Shown piece after piece: positions 9,401 to 18,063 of a stretch of 64,000 bases of DNA. The position numbers and the translations under genes are program-made. Each line of letters opens with the position of its first letter. The first letter of the stretch is position 1. Below the pieces are notes generated by a model. That model was not told the origin of the DNA, made no database searches, and was given only the letters and a program-made list of their open reading frames with translations. Source of the DNA: Bdellovibrionales bacterium (GTDB taxonomy: Bacteria; Bdellovibrionota; Bdellovibrionia; Bdellovibrionales; JAGQZY01); the NCBI GenBank assembly GCA_964230645.1, contig CAXRHT010000002.1:864395-928394 (forward strand), given 5' to 3'.

Positions 9401-9506
9401 ACGGCTGAATGGGAAGATTGGGAACCGCTAGCAGGCCTAACCCCATTATCGTAATGGCAAGAACCCACGTGAAAATCGGATGGTCGATAAAAAACTTTGA
9501 GAACAT
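6390..9506 (-). CDS. RND multidrug efflux permease (AcrB/HAE1 type)
   Basis: 1038 aa. Begins MFSKFFIDHPIFTWVLAI. Has the 12-TM RND layout and an LLVDDAIVVTENI motif. Confidence 0.95.
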   Translation of the reverse strand: MFSKFFIDHPIFTWVLAITIMGLGLLAVPNLPIQPYPSVAPPQVSINANYPGASAETIDKTITQRIEQNLIAIDNLRYIQSSSSSSGRAEIRLTFDIDANPDIAQVQTQNKLSQALSNLPAQVRQLGIPVEKSSGFYAVVVAAYSPGSKMDDTEIGDFVASNLVEPIGRIKGVGRINAFAPQHALRIWLNPRELFNYKLTATDVINAVRAQNNQVASGQIGAAPAVEGQKINATVTSQSLFSTREQFENILLRTLPNGESVRVGDIARVEIGAENYSSIRRYKRKPASGFGVSLASDANALETVDLIKERLKELEPTFPKDLKIAYPVDVTPFIRASIWEVVITLVLAMFLVIAVMYVFLQNIRSTLVPGIAIPVVILGTFASLWFFQYSINILTLFALVLAIGLLVDDAIVVTENIKRSLEEDSELDSKQAAYNSMKELTGALVGTTVVLWAVFVPMLLFAGSTGVIYKQFAVTLISAMTLSLFVALTFTPSLCATLFKKKESMGESKWFGWFNSAYDKSKNTYEKWLKYFLNHTKLAFLSFLAVIILIGLCFFNLPSAFLPNEDQGNIYVLLEGPPTATFEEMKKPISKVEDFFLADRLSGSIKDIFTVRGFSFSGSGQNAAIGFVHTVPYDEREGPFISIFEIADMARKELSAIRDAKITVIVPPPIRDLGRATGFEFQLVDRTGQGRENLVEVKDEFLAQLNQSPEISYSRFNSLGNSPQYKINIDYEKAKALGVSVASVNETLSAAWGTQYVNDFIEKDRVKRVFVQGDAPFRMKPGDLGDWYVRSQSGAMVSFSDFSKGYWDYGPPQVERFNGSAALPIQGQASPGFSTGDAMERIMKVADNFKESLSVEWVGLSYEEQQSGDQVYYLYMITVLAIFLSLAALYESWAIPFAIILTIPMGIVGAALLSLVSGQTNDVYFKVGILLAMGLAAKNAILIVEFAITAIKEGKCMMDAIMQASQQRFRPILMTSFTFLLGVLPLVFASGPGSGAQQSIGFSLVGGILSTTLLVIFFAPLFFLFINRNIETVEDGSE

Positions 9507-9509
9507 AAA

Positions 9510-10757
9510 CTAGACAACCACCCTGTGGTTTGAAAAAGAGGCGCGCGACTCTTTTGGGTCTTTTTTAGGCTGAAGCTTCTTTTTGATTTCCCCTTGTTTT
9601 TTAGGAGTCGTTTTGCTCTCTGTGACCGGTTCTACCAGGGCCCCATCTTTGAGATTGAATAAATTGTCTAAAGCCACCCGCTCCCCCTGGGAGAGACCAC
9701 TTTCGATCACCCAAAAATCATTGCGTAAGCCACCGGTCTGAACCCTTTTTTCAGAAACCCGGTTTTTCTTATCGATCACCCAAACCCAAGCCTGTCCGTT
9801 GGCTTTTCGGGTGATAGCTCTTTGAGGAACAAGTAATTTTTTTGTCTTCCCAAGCTCCTCAATATAGGCATTAACAAACATACCCGGAAGTAAAACCAGT
9901 TCCGGGTTAGGAACCACAGCTCTTAAATCAATACTGCCACTTTCTTCATTCACTGCGAGTTCGGCCACCTCTAACTTTCCCTTTCGGTCATAAAAGCGAT
10001 CACTGCCCTCAATCTTAATGGAAACTGTCAATCCATCTGTTTTCTTTGATTTAAGATCAAAAGCACCATCGGACTGCTCCCTCCAAGAAAGGACTTCTTT
10101 TAAGGGCTGAGAGATATCAACATAAACAGGATCTAAAGACCGAATGGTGGCTAACTTTTGGCTTTGTTGTGAGGAAACGAGTGCACCCTTGGTGACCTCC
10201 GATTTTCCAATGTATCCGGAGATGGGAGCTAAAACTTTGGTGTACTTGAGATTAATTTCCGCTTGTTGCACCTCGGCCTGAGCAATTTGCATGCTGGCTT
10301 GAATCTCGCCAAACTTAGCCATCGTATCATCAAGTTCCTGCTGACTAATGGCGTTTTGTTTCACCAGGGTTTTATATCGACGAACTAAAGATTGAGTGGC
10401 TTTATAGCTGGCGCGAGCACGAGCCAACCGACCTTTTGCTGCCTTTAAAGCGGCATCATACCGAGCTGGGTCGATTTGATAGAGCTGCTCGCCTTCTTCC
10501 ACGTAGACTCCCTCTTTAAAGAGTCGATCTTGGATAATGCCATCGACTTGAGGACGAATCTCAGCAATTTTATGGGGGCGAACACGCCCCACAAGGGCTT
10601 CTGAAACAGAGATGCCTTTTCTATCCACTACTGCCCAGCTGACTTTTACAGCTTCTTGATTGGCCGCTTCGGGAGATTGACCTGACTCTGAGGAACAGTG
10701 ACAAAGCAGGAGAAAAAGTAAAGTCGAACAACTTATGGCAAATTTAGATGGCTTCAT
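9510..10757 (-). CDS. RND efflux periplasmic adaptor (membrane fusion protein)
   Basis: AcrA/HlyD-type sequence with a coiled-coil hairpin region (AQAEVQQAEINLKYTKVLAPISGYIG). Signal or lipoprotein-like N-terminus. ATG 10757 is preferred over the track TTG at 10778. Confidence 0.9.
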   Translation of the reverse strand: MKPSKFAISCSTLLFLLLCHCSSESGQSPEAANQEAVKVSWAVVDRKGISVSEALVGRVRPHKIAEIRPQVDGIIQDRLFKEGVYVEEGEQLYQIDPARYDAALKAAKGRLARARASYKATQSLVRRYKTLVKQNAISQQELDDTMAKFGEIQASMQIAQAEVQQAEINLKYTKVLAPISGYIGKSEVTKGALVSSQQSQKLATIRSLDPVYVDISQPLKEVLSWREQSDGAFDLKSKKTDGLTVSIKIEGSDRFYDRKGKLEVAELAVNEESGSIDLRAVVPNPELVLLPGMFVNAYIEELGKTKKLLVPQRAITRKANGQAWVWVIDKKNRVSEKRVQTGGLRNDFWVIESGLSQGERVALDNLFNLKDGALVEPVTESKTTPKKQGEIKKKLQPKKDPKESRASFSNHRVVV

Positions 10758-10908
10758 GATTAACCTTATTAGGGGCAAAACTTTAAGTTAACAAGGAGAG
10801 TCTTAAAACTCCTACCCCATATATGTATAGAACGTGCAGAAATGTTCAAGAATTCTTAATCAAATCCGGCTTACACCCACCCAATGGGTCTCGCAGGATA
10901 TCATGACC

Positions 10909-11910
10909 TTATAGCTTTTTTGCCTCGGCGATCAAATCCACCGACTTTAGACGGTCTTCAGGGTCAAATGTGTCCGAGGTAATGATCAACTCATCCGCTC
11001 CAGTGCGTGCAATAATTTCATCCAGCTTTTTTCTGAGAGTTTTCGGAGATCCGGTAACCAGGAGATCCAGCATGGACTGAACAAAGGCCTTTTCCCGCGC
11101 ATCCCAAATCTGATCCATATCTTCCACAGGAGGTGAGGATAGAGTTCGATTCCCTCTGATGATTCCTAAAAATGCCTGCTGCAGGCTTGTTGCTAAATAG
11201 TCGGCTCTCTCATCACTCTCCGCACCAATCACTGGCAGACCAAGCATAACGTAAGGCTCTTTGAGAATTTCAGAGGGTTCAAACTCGTTACGGTAAATCT
11301 CAAAGGCCTCCTCGTGATGTCTCGGGGCAAAGTGACCTGCAAAGGCATAAGGCAGGCCCATGCGCGCACTTAAATGAGCACTGTAGTGACTCGATCCTAG
11401 GATATAGAAAGGCACCTTCAAGCCAGCCCCCGGAATGGCTTTGATTTTCTGGTTCTCCTTTGCGGGAGCAAAAAAGAATTCCAGCTCTGAAATTAATTCG
11501 CCAAAATCTTTTTCGTGTTTATAGTTAGCCCCTCTTAAAGCTCTAGCTGTTAATTGATCCCCACCTGGTGCACGGCCCAAGCCGAGATCAATTCGTCCGG
11601 GGTAGAGAGACTCAAGAGTTCCAAATTGTTCGGCTATAACCATTGGAGAATGATTGGGAAGCATAATGCCTCCAGAGCCCACACGGATGTGAGTGGTGTT
11701 CTCAGCAATATACCCAATAAGTACAGAGGTCGCAGCACTCGCAATACTTGCGATGTTATGATGCTCAGCCAACCAAAAACGTTTAAAGCCCAAAGCCTCA
11801 ACTTTCTGCGCAAGCGCTTTGGAATGGGCATAGGTTTCTTTTATGGAGCCCGATTGGGAAATTTTTGCAAGATCGAGAATAGATAAAGCGGTATTGCTAA
11901 GATTCTTCAT
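10909..11910 (-). CDS. LLM-class flavin-dependent oxidoreductase (YhbW-like)
   Basis: Motifs FKRFWLAEHHN, IRVGSGGIMLPNHSPMVIAEQFGTLESLYPGRIDLGLGRAPGGD. Confidence 0.9.
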   Translation of the reverse strand: MKNLSNTALSILDLAKISQSGSIKETYAHSKALAQKVEALGFKRFWLAEHHNIASIASAATSVLIGYIAENTTHIRVGSGGIMLPNHSPMVIAEQFGTLESLYPGRIDLGLGRAPGGDQLTARALRGANYKHEKDFGELISELEFFFAPAKENQKIKAIPGAGLKVPFYILGSSHYSAHLSARMGLPYAFAGHFAPRHHEEAFEIYRNEFEPSEILKEPYVMLGLPVIGAESDERADYLATSLQQAFLGIIRGNRTLSSPPVEDMDQIWDAREKAFVQSMLDLLVTGSPKTLRKKLDEIIARTGADELIITSDTFDPEDRLKSVDLIAEAKKL

Positions 11911-11977
11911 GAAGGAGAGTTTAGTTTTCTCTCAGTCTTTTGTAAATCCACACAGCAAGATCCTCTCTCAACTCCCG

Positions 11978-12745
11978 TTAAACGGAGAAAGACGGGAGTG
12001 TTCCAAAAATAAAGGGCGAAAGAGAGTTTTTTTGCACTTTGGCTGGCGACCAAGAAAAAGGATTCTCGTAATAGGTAAAGTTCAAATCTTGTGCTTTTAT
12101 CGCTTTCAAAACGTTTTCTATTGTCCGCGGCCCATCCATAACCGTTTTCCAGGAGCTCATTTGTTTAGGATGATGAAGGTCGGAGTTGGCGAGCATGGGA
12201 AGTCCACTCTCGTAGACTTCTTGAAAAAGGTGGCCTCCACTAGCAACCTCCCAAGCGTCAAACTTTTTGGAAAGTCGGTCTCGGTTGTACCAAAGATGAT
12301 AGGTTTGAGGCTCTACTTTACGAGTGGAAACGGGATGAGCCGCAATGGCTATGGCCTTTTGAGCGTGAATTTGATCGATGATGGTTTCCACGTCCTGATC
12401 GGGATCGATAAACTGCCGGATTCCAAGTGCTACTATGTGAGCCGAATCTTTGTGAGAAAATGAGTTCTTAGTAAACTCCACCCCAGGAATGACCAGCATA
12501 TTGTATTGCCTCATCGCACGGGAAGCTTCTCTGGCTATTTCTTGGAGATAGCATTCAAATTCATTTTTAAGTAAGGTTTTCTGCAAATAAAGGGCGGACT
12601 GTCCCAGGAAGGTTTTTACTTCGCAAAGATGGTCTGTGATCGCGATAGCACCAAAACCTCTTTCCCCGTACATATCCACAAGCTCTCTAATACTCAACTT
12701 ACCATCACTGTTTTGAGAATGAATATGAAAGTCACAAAGAAACAT
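11978..12745 (-). CDS. PHP-domain metal-dependent phosphoesterase
   Basis: N-terminal CDFHIHSQNSDG ... AIAITDH, followed by later His-rich motifs. Confidence 0.75.
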   Translation of the reverse strand: MFLCDFHIHSQNSDGKLSIRELVDMYGERGFGAIAITDHLCEVKTFLGQSALYLQKTLLKNEFECYLQEIAREASRAMRQYNMLVIPGVEFTKNSFSHKDSAHIVALGIRQFIDPDQDVETIIDQIHAQKAIAIAAHPVSTRKVEPQTYHLWYNRDRLSKKFDAWEVASGGHLFQEVYESGLPMLANSDLHHPKQMSSWKTVMDGPRTIENVLKAIKAQDLNFTYYENPFSWSPAKVQKNSLSPFIFGTLPSFSV

Positions 12746-12756
12746 AGTCCTCCTTT

Positions 12757-13752
12757 TTATGTGGCCGGCAATAAGTTTTCAAAAAACTGACGCGTGCACC
12801 GCTCCCATGAAAAATTCAAAGCATACTTTCTGCACTTCTTACGAGATTTACTTAAGGCGATTTGAGTGGACTTTTTCAAATTGTGATCCAAGCATCCCAC
12901 TTCAGAGGATTGAATCACATCGACAGGACCCTCCACAGGATAAGCCGCTACTGGTGTCCCACAAGCTAGAGCTTCTAGCATCACCAATCCAAAGGTGTCC
13001 GTTCGGCTTGGAAAAACAAAGGCATCGGCCATTGAGTAGTAGTGCACTAAATCTTGACCGAACTTCGCACCGGTGAAAAGGACCTCAGGATATTTTGCTT
13101 TTAGAAAACCCAGTTGAGGTCCGTCGCCTACCACTATTTTCACGGCGTCTATATCCATACTTAAAAAAGCCTCTAAATTTTTTTCTACTGCCACACGCCC
13201 CACATAAAGAAGTTTAGGCTTACTGCCAACAATACTTCTTGATTGCGGAGTAAAAATCGTGGTGTCCACTCCCCTTGACCAACTCTTAAGATTTTTAAAT
13301 CCTTCTTTTGAAAGTTTGGCTTCCATGGAAAAAGTAGTCACCATCACATGGCGAGCTAGAGAGTGAAAACGCCTCAACACCCGGTAAGTCCACCCCTTAG
13401 GAATACGAGTTCTAGCATGAATGTATTCTGGGAACTGGGTATGAAAAGAGGTAGTGAAATTAAGATTGTGACTTTTGCAAAACTGTCTTGCACTCCACCC
13501 CAAGGGGCCCTCAGTTGCGATATGAATCACTTCCGGCTCAAACTTTTCAAAAGTATTTTTCACCAACCTTGAAGGAGAAAGAGCTAGCGAAATCTCATTG
13601 TATGTCGGACAAGGAACCGATTTACACCCAAGGGGTGTAACCATTCCCACCTCGTGTCCCATGAGTCTCAAATGTTTTGATGTGGATTCCAGAGTTCGAA
13701 CAACACCGTTAACTTGTGGCTTCCATGCATCCGTTACGATAAGGATTTTCAT
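12757..13752 (-). CDS. Glycosyltransferase family 4 (GT-B, group 1)
   Basis: MKILIVTDAWKPQVNGVV start. C-terminal FVFPSRTDTFGLVMLEALACGTPV motif. ATG 13752 has GGAG upstream and is preferred over the track start 13788. Confidence 0.85.
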   Translation of the reverse strand: MKILIVTDAWKPQVNGVVRTLESTSKHLRLMGHEVGMVTPLGCKSVPCPTYNEISLALSPSRLVKNTFEKFEPEVIHIATEGPLGWSARQFCKSHNLNFTTSFHTQFPEYIHARTRIPKGWTYRVLRRFHSLARHVMVTTFSMEAKLSKEGFKNLKSWSRGVDTTIFTPQSRSIVGSKPKLLYVGRVAVEKNLEAFLSMDIDAVKIVVGDGPQLGFLKAKYPEVLFTGAKFGQDLVHYYSMADAFVFPSRTDTFGLVMLEALACGTPVAAYPVEGPVDVIQSSEVGCLDHNLKKSTQIALSKSRKKCRKYALNFSWERCTRQFFENLLPAT

Positions 13753-13886
13753 AGGCCTCACTCCTTTTTTATATTTAAAGGCTAGCACAGTGATATTGGG
13801 ATTCGGTTGGGGAGAACTTTTGCTATCGTTATAGCTTGGTCAGGATTCGATGGAGAAAAGACCCAACGCTAGACCAAAATCCTGAG

Positions 13887-14057
13887 AAAGTACCAGGTTC
13901 TTTTTTCGGATGCAGTATGTTGAGCTTTATCATTGAGAAAAAAATCCAGATATTTATCTCACTTTATTTTCTCTTGAAATAGGAACTCGATAGGCTGTCT
14001 TATTGCTCGAATAAGATGTTTTGACTACTAGCATCCGAAAAAAGAACCTGGTACTTT
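13887..14057. mobile_element. MITE-like 171-bp element with perfect 27-bp terminal inverted repeats
   Basis: AAAGTACCAGGTTCTTTTTTCGGATGC (13887-13913) is the exact reverse complement of 14031-14057. There is no ORF inside. Confidence 0.5.
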
Positions 14058-14064
14058 TCATAGT

Positions 14065-14532
14065 ATGAAGTTCAATCAAGAAAAACTTCTCCATAGAAAT
14101 GCGATGGCCGTCTTCGGGTGGGGCTTTATGAGCCTTTGGATGTCGATTCTGCTAATATTCACCTCTGTCTATTTCAAAGGAGGAGACAAATATTTAGAGC
14201 TTAAATATCCCTTAATCGCATTTTGGATCGTAGGCCCCTTGGCCACATTATGGTTCTTGAAAAAACCGATTATTTCCATTTACCTCAATAGAGCAAGGTC
14301 ACAAGTCAATATAGTTGAAAGGTTTCTACTCAAAGCCCGAACGCATACTTTTAGCTTCGATGAGATCAAAGAACTTGAAATCATCGAAGGCAAGGACTCA
14401 GAGGGGGCTCCCTATTACAGCTGCCAAATAGAGATAAAAAAATCTACAGAACCTCAAACAATCACTCTGATTGAAGGCCACAGTCAAGAAGCCGTACTCG
14501 ACTCCCTTAATAAAATTAAAAAACAATTGTGA
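14065..14532 (+). CDS. Hypothetical membrane protein (2 TM)
   Basis: Track ORF with two hydrophobic segments near the N-terminus. The start lies 8 nt after the repeat end, and the stop overlaps another repeat copy. Confidence 0.5.
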   Translation: MKFNQEKLLHRNAMAVFGWGFMSLWMSILLIFTSVYFKGGDKYLELKYPLIAFWIVGPLATLWFLKKPIISIYLNRARSQVNIVERFLLKARTHTFSFDEIKELEIIEGKDSEGAPYYSCQIEIKKSTEPQTITLIEGHSQEAVLDSLNKIKKQL

Positions 14533-14547
14533 AAGTACCAGGTTCTT
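14531..14547 (+). repeat. Solo left-end copy of the 13887 repeat family
   Basis: GAAAGTACCAGGTTCTT is identical (17/17) to 13886-13902. Confidence 0.5.
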
Positions 14548-14551
14548 ATAT

Positions 14552-15094
14552 TTAGAAGGGTTCGGATTGCTCGATGATCTCTTTAAAGACTTTTTCAGCA
14601 GAACGTTTTACGGAACCTAACTCATGGAAATACCTACAGGCTCCAATACCATAGAGAACAGCACCATGGGACCAATTTGTTTCAAGAAGTACATCCCCTT
14701 GATTGTTTTTAGTTCCTGAATGAAAGCGCACACTGCTATTTTCTGAGGTTATTAATTTCGAAGGAACAATGATATCCTCTGACAACTGAAAGCCAATTCG
14801 AACAGCCTCTCTTCGCCCATACCACTGCATTCTTTCTTCAAGCTCTGCGATCATTTCAGACTGTTCATCGACCAGTTCCTTATATGACTCTTTCATTGGT
14901 GAGTCCTCAGGAAGACTTCCGTAGATTTCAATCAGATTTTGATGGACTGCCTTATCAATCTCAAGCCCCTCTTTTAATAAATTGATACTAGCACAGTCGG
15001 TATCGGTGAAGGTGGCGGCTATATTGAGATCGTGTACGTAACCCCATGCAAAATTCTGATAAGCCATGAATGAGAGTAAAAGAAAGTATTTCAT
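14552..15094 (-). CDS. Hypothetical secreted protein
   Basis: Track ORF with signal-like N-terminus MKYFLLLSFMAYQNFAWG. No family recognised. Confidence 0.5.
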   Translation of the reverse strand: MKYFLLLSFMAYQNFAWGYVHDLNIAATFTDTDCASINLLKEGLEIDKAVHQNLIEIYGSLPEDSPMKESYKELVDEQSEMIAELEERMQWYGRREAVRIGFQLSEDIIVPSKLITSENSSVRFHSGTKNNQGDVLLETNWSHGAVLYGIGACRYFHELGSVKRSAEKVFKEIIEQSEPF

Positions 15095-15416
15095 AATGGT
15101 TCTCCTTGTTTCCTCACCAGCAAGAGTGCAATAAGGTAGCCATCTAAAAAAGCATGATAACCTTACTATTTCTAGCTGAGGCCAAAGTCTCCGAAAAAAA
15201 TCCAGTTTCCGAGACTAAATGTCTACAAACCTGGACTAGGGTGCCCAATTAAAGTGCAAATAATTCTTTTACCTTACCCCTAAAAGTAGCGGCTTTCTTT
15301 CCCGCATCGGATTTGTAGAGTGCTACCATTGAGTATCTAAGTTTAAAAACTTCATTTGAATTAATTTTCTGTTGAATCATGAGATCAGGGGCTCTCTTAG
15401 GCATCAGACAACCCAT

Positions 15417-15455
15417 TTTTTGACTAGAAGCATCCGAAAAAGGAACCTGGTACTT
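15417..15455 (+). repeat. Right-end copy of the 13887 repeat family
   Basis: TTTTGACTAGAAGCATCCGAAAAAGGAACCTGGTACTT matches 14019-14057 with 3 mismatches in 39 nt. Confidence 0.55.
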
Positions 15456-15488
15456 ATTTTTTTAAGTTTTCTAGGCTAACCTAGATCA

Positions 15489-15740
15489 ATGATCGCTGAA
15501 CCTGATGACCTTATAAAACTAGCCAACTACAAAATGCCTTTTGGACGCTACGCAGGTACTGTTCTCGTGGATCTACCCGAGCCCTATGTGAACTGGTTCA
15601 ATAATAAAGGATATCCGAAAGGTGAGATTGGACGCCTTCTTGCTATAGTCTATGAAGTTAAAGTCAATGGTCTTGAGTACTTGTTCAAACCGTTAAGAGG
15701 CTCTGAAGAGAAGATCCAAGCCAATTTGAAAAAACTTTAA
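15489..15740 (+). CDS. DUF3820-family protein
   Basis: KMPFGRYAGTVLVDLPEPYVNWFNNKGYPKGEIGRLLAIVYEVKVNGL matches the DUF3820 pattern as I remember it. Confidence 0.7.
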   Translation: MIAEPDDLIKLANYKMPFGRYAGTVLVDLPEPYVNWFNNKGYPKGEIGRLLAIVYEVKVNGLEYLFKPLRGSEEKIQANLKKL

Positions 15741-15894
15741 ATACAGCTACACGTTTATCAATCGTAGAGCGTTCATGCGACTTGGAAAAATCAGTAGGCA
15801 TGGAAATCTAAAAACTTTTTATTCTAATTTCGTGCACAAAGATAAAATTCAAGAGGAACTCCAAACGAAGTTCTCTTGAATCTATTGGGATTGA

Positions 15895-16338
15895 CTATTT
15901 TAAAGTTAAAATTAGGACCACTTCACTTTCGAAATCGCCCCCGAGTAAAATTACATTTTCCTCAGAGCTAATGACCTGCGTGAGCTGGCTATCTTTAATT
16001 TCTGGATTGTACCAGCTTATGTAACATCGCCCTTCCCTATTGAGGTTACTGAGCGCGACAAATTCAAAGCCATTGAAACCATCTTCGGAATCAGCCGTCA
16101 GGCTGAACAGAGAGCTGACTGGAGCTTTGATGGCATCAGAAATATTGCCGATGAGTGTGTCGTTTGCAGCATCTTCAGTATCAACTTCTGAAAAGCTAAT
16201 ACCAACCGAATTCCCAGCTTGATCTGGAAACTGAGCAAGATAACTCTTTCCATCTAAATTTAAGTCGTCGCAACTGACCTTAGCTAAAACTTGATTAGAA
16301 AAAAGTAGCACTGTGCAAATGCATATAATAAATTTCAT
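15895..16338 (-). CDS. Hypothetical secreted protein
   Basis: Signal peptide MKFIICICTVLLFSNQVLA. No family recognised. Confidence 0.5.
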   Translation of the reverse strand: MKFIICICTVLLFSNQVLAKVSCDDLNLDGKSYLAQFPDQAGNSVGISFSEVDTEDAANDTLIGNISDAIKAPVSSLFSLTADSEDGFNGFEFVALSNLNREGRCYISWYNPEIKDSQLTQVISSEENVILLGGDFESEVVLILTLK

Positions 16339-16748
16339 CTGAATCTCCTTTGAGAAATTTAAAAATTTCTCCTCTCATCTACCTAAACTCATTGGATAAT
16401 GGGAGCCAGAAATGAAATTTAAAGGGGTTTTGAATAATTTTCCGTGTTTTATATAATTCTTCAGGGTTGGAACACCACAGACTCAATACTAAAAGTTCCA
16501 GCGTGAGAGGCCCATTTTTCATATTTAATGGCTCCGGCTTCAACGAAACCAGTGCTTTTTCGAGAAGAGAGGATCGAGCCTTACTGATTGAGGGATTAAA
16601 CCAATACAACTGTGCCAACACCCTAGTACCGTACTATCACTTTCTAACATAGCCCTATGTTTATTAAGAAATGTCTCGGCCAACTATTGAGTGGTAAATA
16701 GGCACTTGAGAACCTAACAGCCAATCATTGTTGGCAAAGGAGAAAAAA

Positions 16749-17441
16749 ATGAAAACCTTAATTACCACACTAATAAGCGGCTTACTACTTAGCAGTCAGG
16801 CCTTCGGTCAGAACACAGTGACATTGGATCCTATGGGAGATGCCGCAATAGGTGGAAGACCGATAACCCATGGAAGTGGCAACATCACTTATGAAGGCGA
16901 TAAAATCTATAGTGGAAAAACGGCCGAGCACAATTACGCCAGCATTAAACTTGATACTGTTCACCTCCCCGGCTTCTATGATTCTTTCGATCTCTATGTT
17001 TCCTCAGGAACAACAGGAACTGGTGAAGGACAAACACCGATTCCCCCTGGCAAGAGACTGGTATTAAAATCTTTTCCCAACTCAGATCAAACAGGCCATC
17101 TTTTTGTCAATGCTTATAGTGATTCTTATGGAACTCGTTTTGAAATTTCAGGTCCCTTTGAGAAGGTCGAAGGAGTTCAAGGAGTGATCCGAATAAATTT
17201 ACCTCAAGAATTTTCTGATATATATCAATTCAATAAGGCCATTGAAGCCTCTAACCTGTTTCACTTGTCGGCCTGCACATCTGAAAAGGATTGCTACCTT
17301 GAGGTCAATACCCATTACAACCCTTACCCACAAGTTCCAAACGGTCGATTCAATACTTTTTGCAGCGTTGAGCAACAGACGGCCGATGGTTCGAAATACG
17401 TGGTCAACAAGCTGGTAATTGCGGGAACATGCCCTAAATAA
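16749..17441 (+). CDS. Hypothetical secreted protein
   Basis: MKTLITTLISGLLLSSQAFG signal with AGGAG upstream. The track start at 16728 is less likely. Confidence 0.5.
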   Translation: MKTLITTLISGLLLSSQAFGQNTVTLDPMGDAAIGGRPITHGSGNITYEGDKIYSGKTAEHNYASIKLDTVHLPGFYDSFDLYVSSGTTGTGEGQTPIPPGKRLVLKSFPNSDQTGHLFVNAYSDSYGTRFEISGPFEKVEGVQGVIRINLPQEFSDIYQFNKAIEASNLFHLSACTSEKDCYLEVNTHYNPYPQVPNGRFNTFCSVEQQTADGSKYVVNKLVIAGTCPK

Positions 17442-17501
17442 ATCTATAGAATAGAGCGTTTTAAATAAGAAAGGCTCCCTTGAGAGTTCTTGGGGAGGAA
17501 T

Positions 17502-18035
17502 TTATTTTTTCTGGTTCTTGGGGTCGACAGGTATTCCCCTGCCACTCCAAACAAGTTTCTTGTAACTTTTCCCTTCGCCAACCTTGTGGGAGCTAAGCTC
17601 GACATCAACGATCGTATCAAACCCCCTACCAGCAGTGAGGAAGGCCAATTTTAATAAGGCTTCCTCTTTATCCTGGCAATCTTTCACAATGACTGGCGCC
17701 TCCCGCCTTATAATCTTGCGCGATTCCTTTGATTGGTTCTTGGAGAAGACATTCACATCTTTAGCACGCTCAACGATTTCAAAATATTGATTCACTCTGT
17801 CGGCAACTCCTTGCTGATAGCAGTTCCTGCAAAAAGTTTTATTTTTTAGATCATCAGGCAAGAGATCAATCAGTTCAAACTGATCCTCATCGATAAACTC
17901 GACACAGTTTTTACAACTGGGACTTCCACAAGAAGAGCATCTTAGCGCTGTCTTATTCTTTTCACAAAGTTCACAGGTTAGACGATCCAAAGTTTCTCCG
18001 AGTAAGGGCCCTGGCACATTTTGTGGATGTGCCAT
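17502..18035 (-). CDS. Hypothetical Cys-rich (zinc-ribbon-like) protein
   Basis: CELC...CSSCGSPSCKNC...CRNC cluster in the N-terminal half. The C-terminal half is unassigned. Confidence 0.45.
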   Translation of the reverse strand: MAHPQNVPGPLLGETLDRLTCELCEKNKTALRCSSCGSPSCKNCVEFIDEDQFELIDLLPDDLKNKTFCRNCYQQGVADRVNQYFEIVERAKDVNVFSKNQSKESRKIIRREAPVIVKDCQDKEEALLKLAFLTAGRGFDTIVDVELSSHKVGEGKSYKKLVWSGRGIPVDPKNQKK

Positions 18036-18063
18036 AGCAACTGATTCTAAATCGGTTAAATGG

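Noticed and set aside
11843-12463. 206-aa plus-strand ORF
   Set aside because: It is antisense to the PHP-domain gene and the end of the LLM gene. There are no motifs and no SD.
16379-16621. 80-aa minus-strand ORF in a 390-bp intergenic gap
   Set aside because: It has a GTG start without a convincing SD, no signal or motif, and a composition unlike its neighbours. It could be a gene remnant but I cannot support it.
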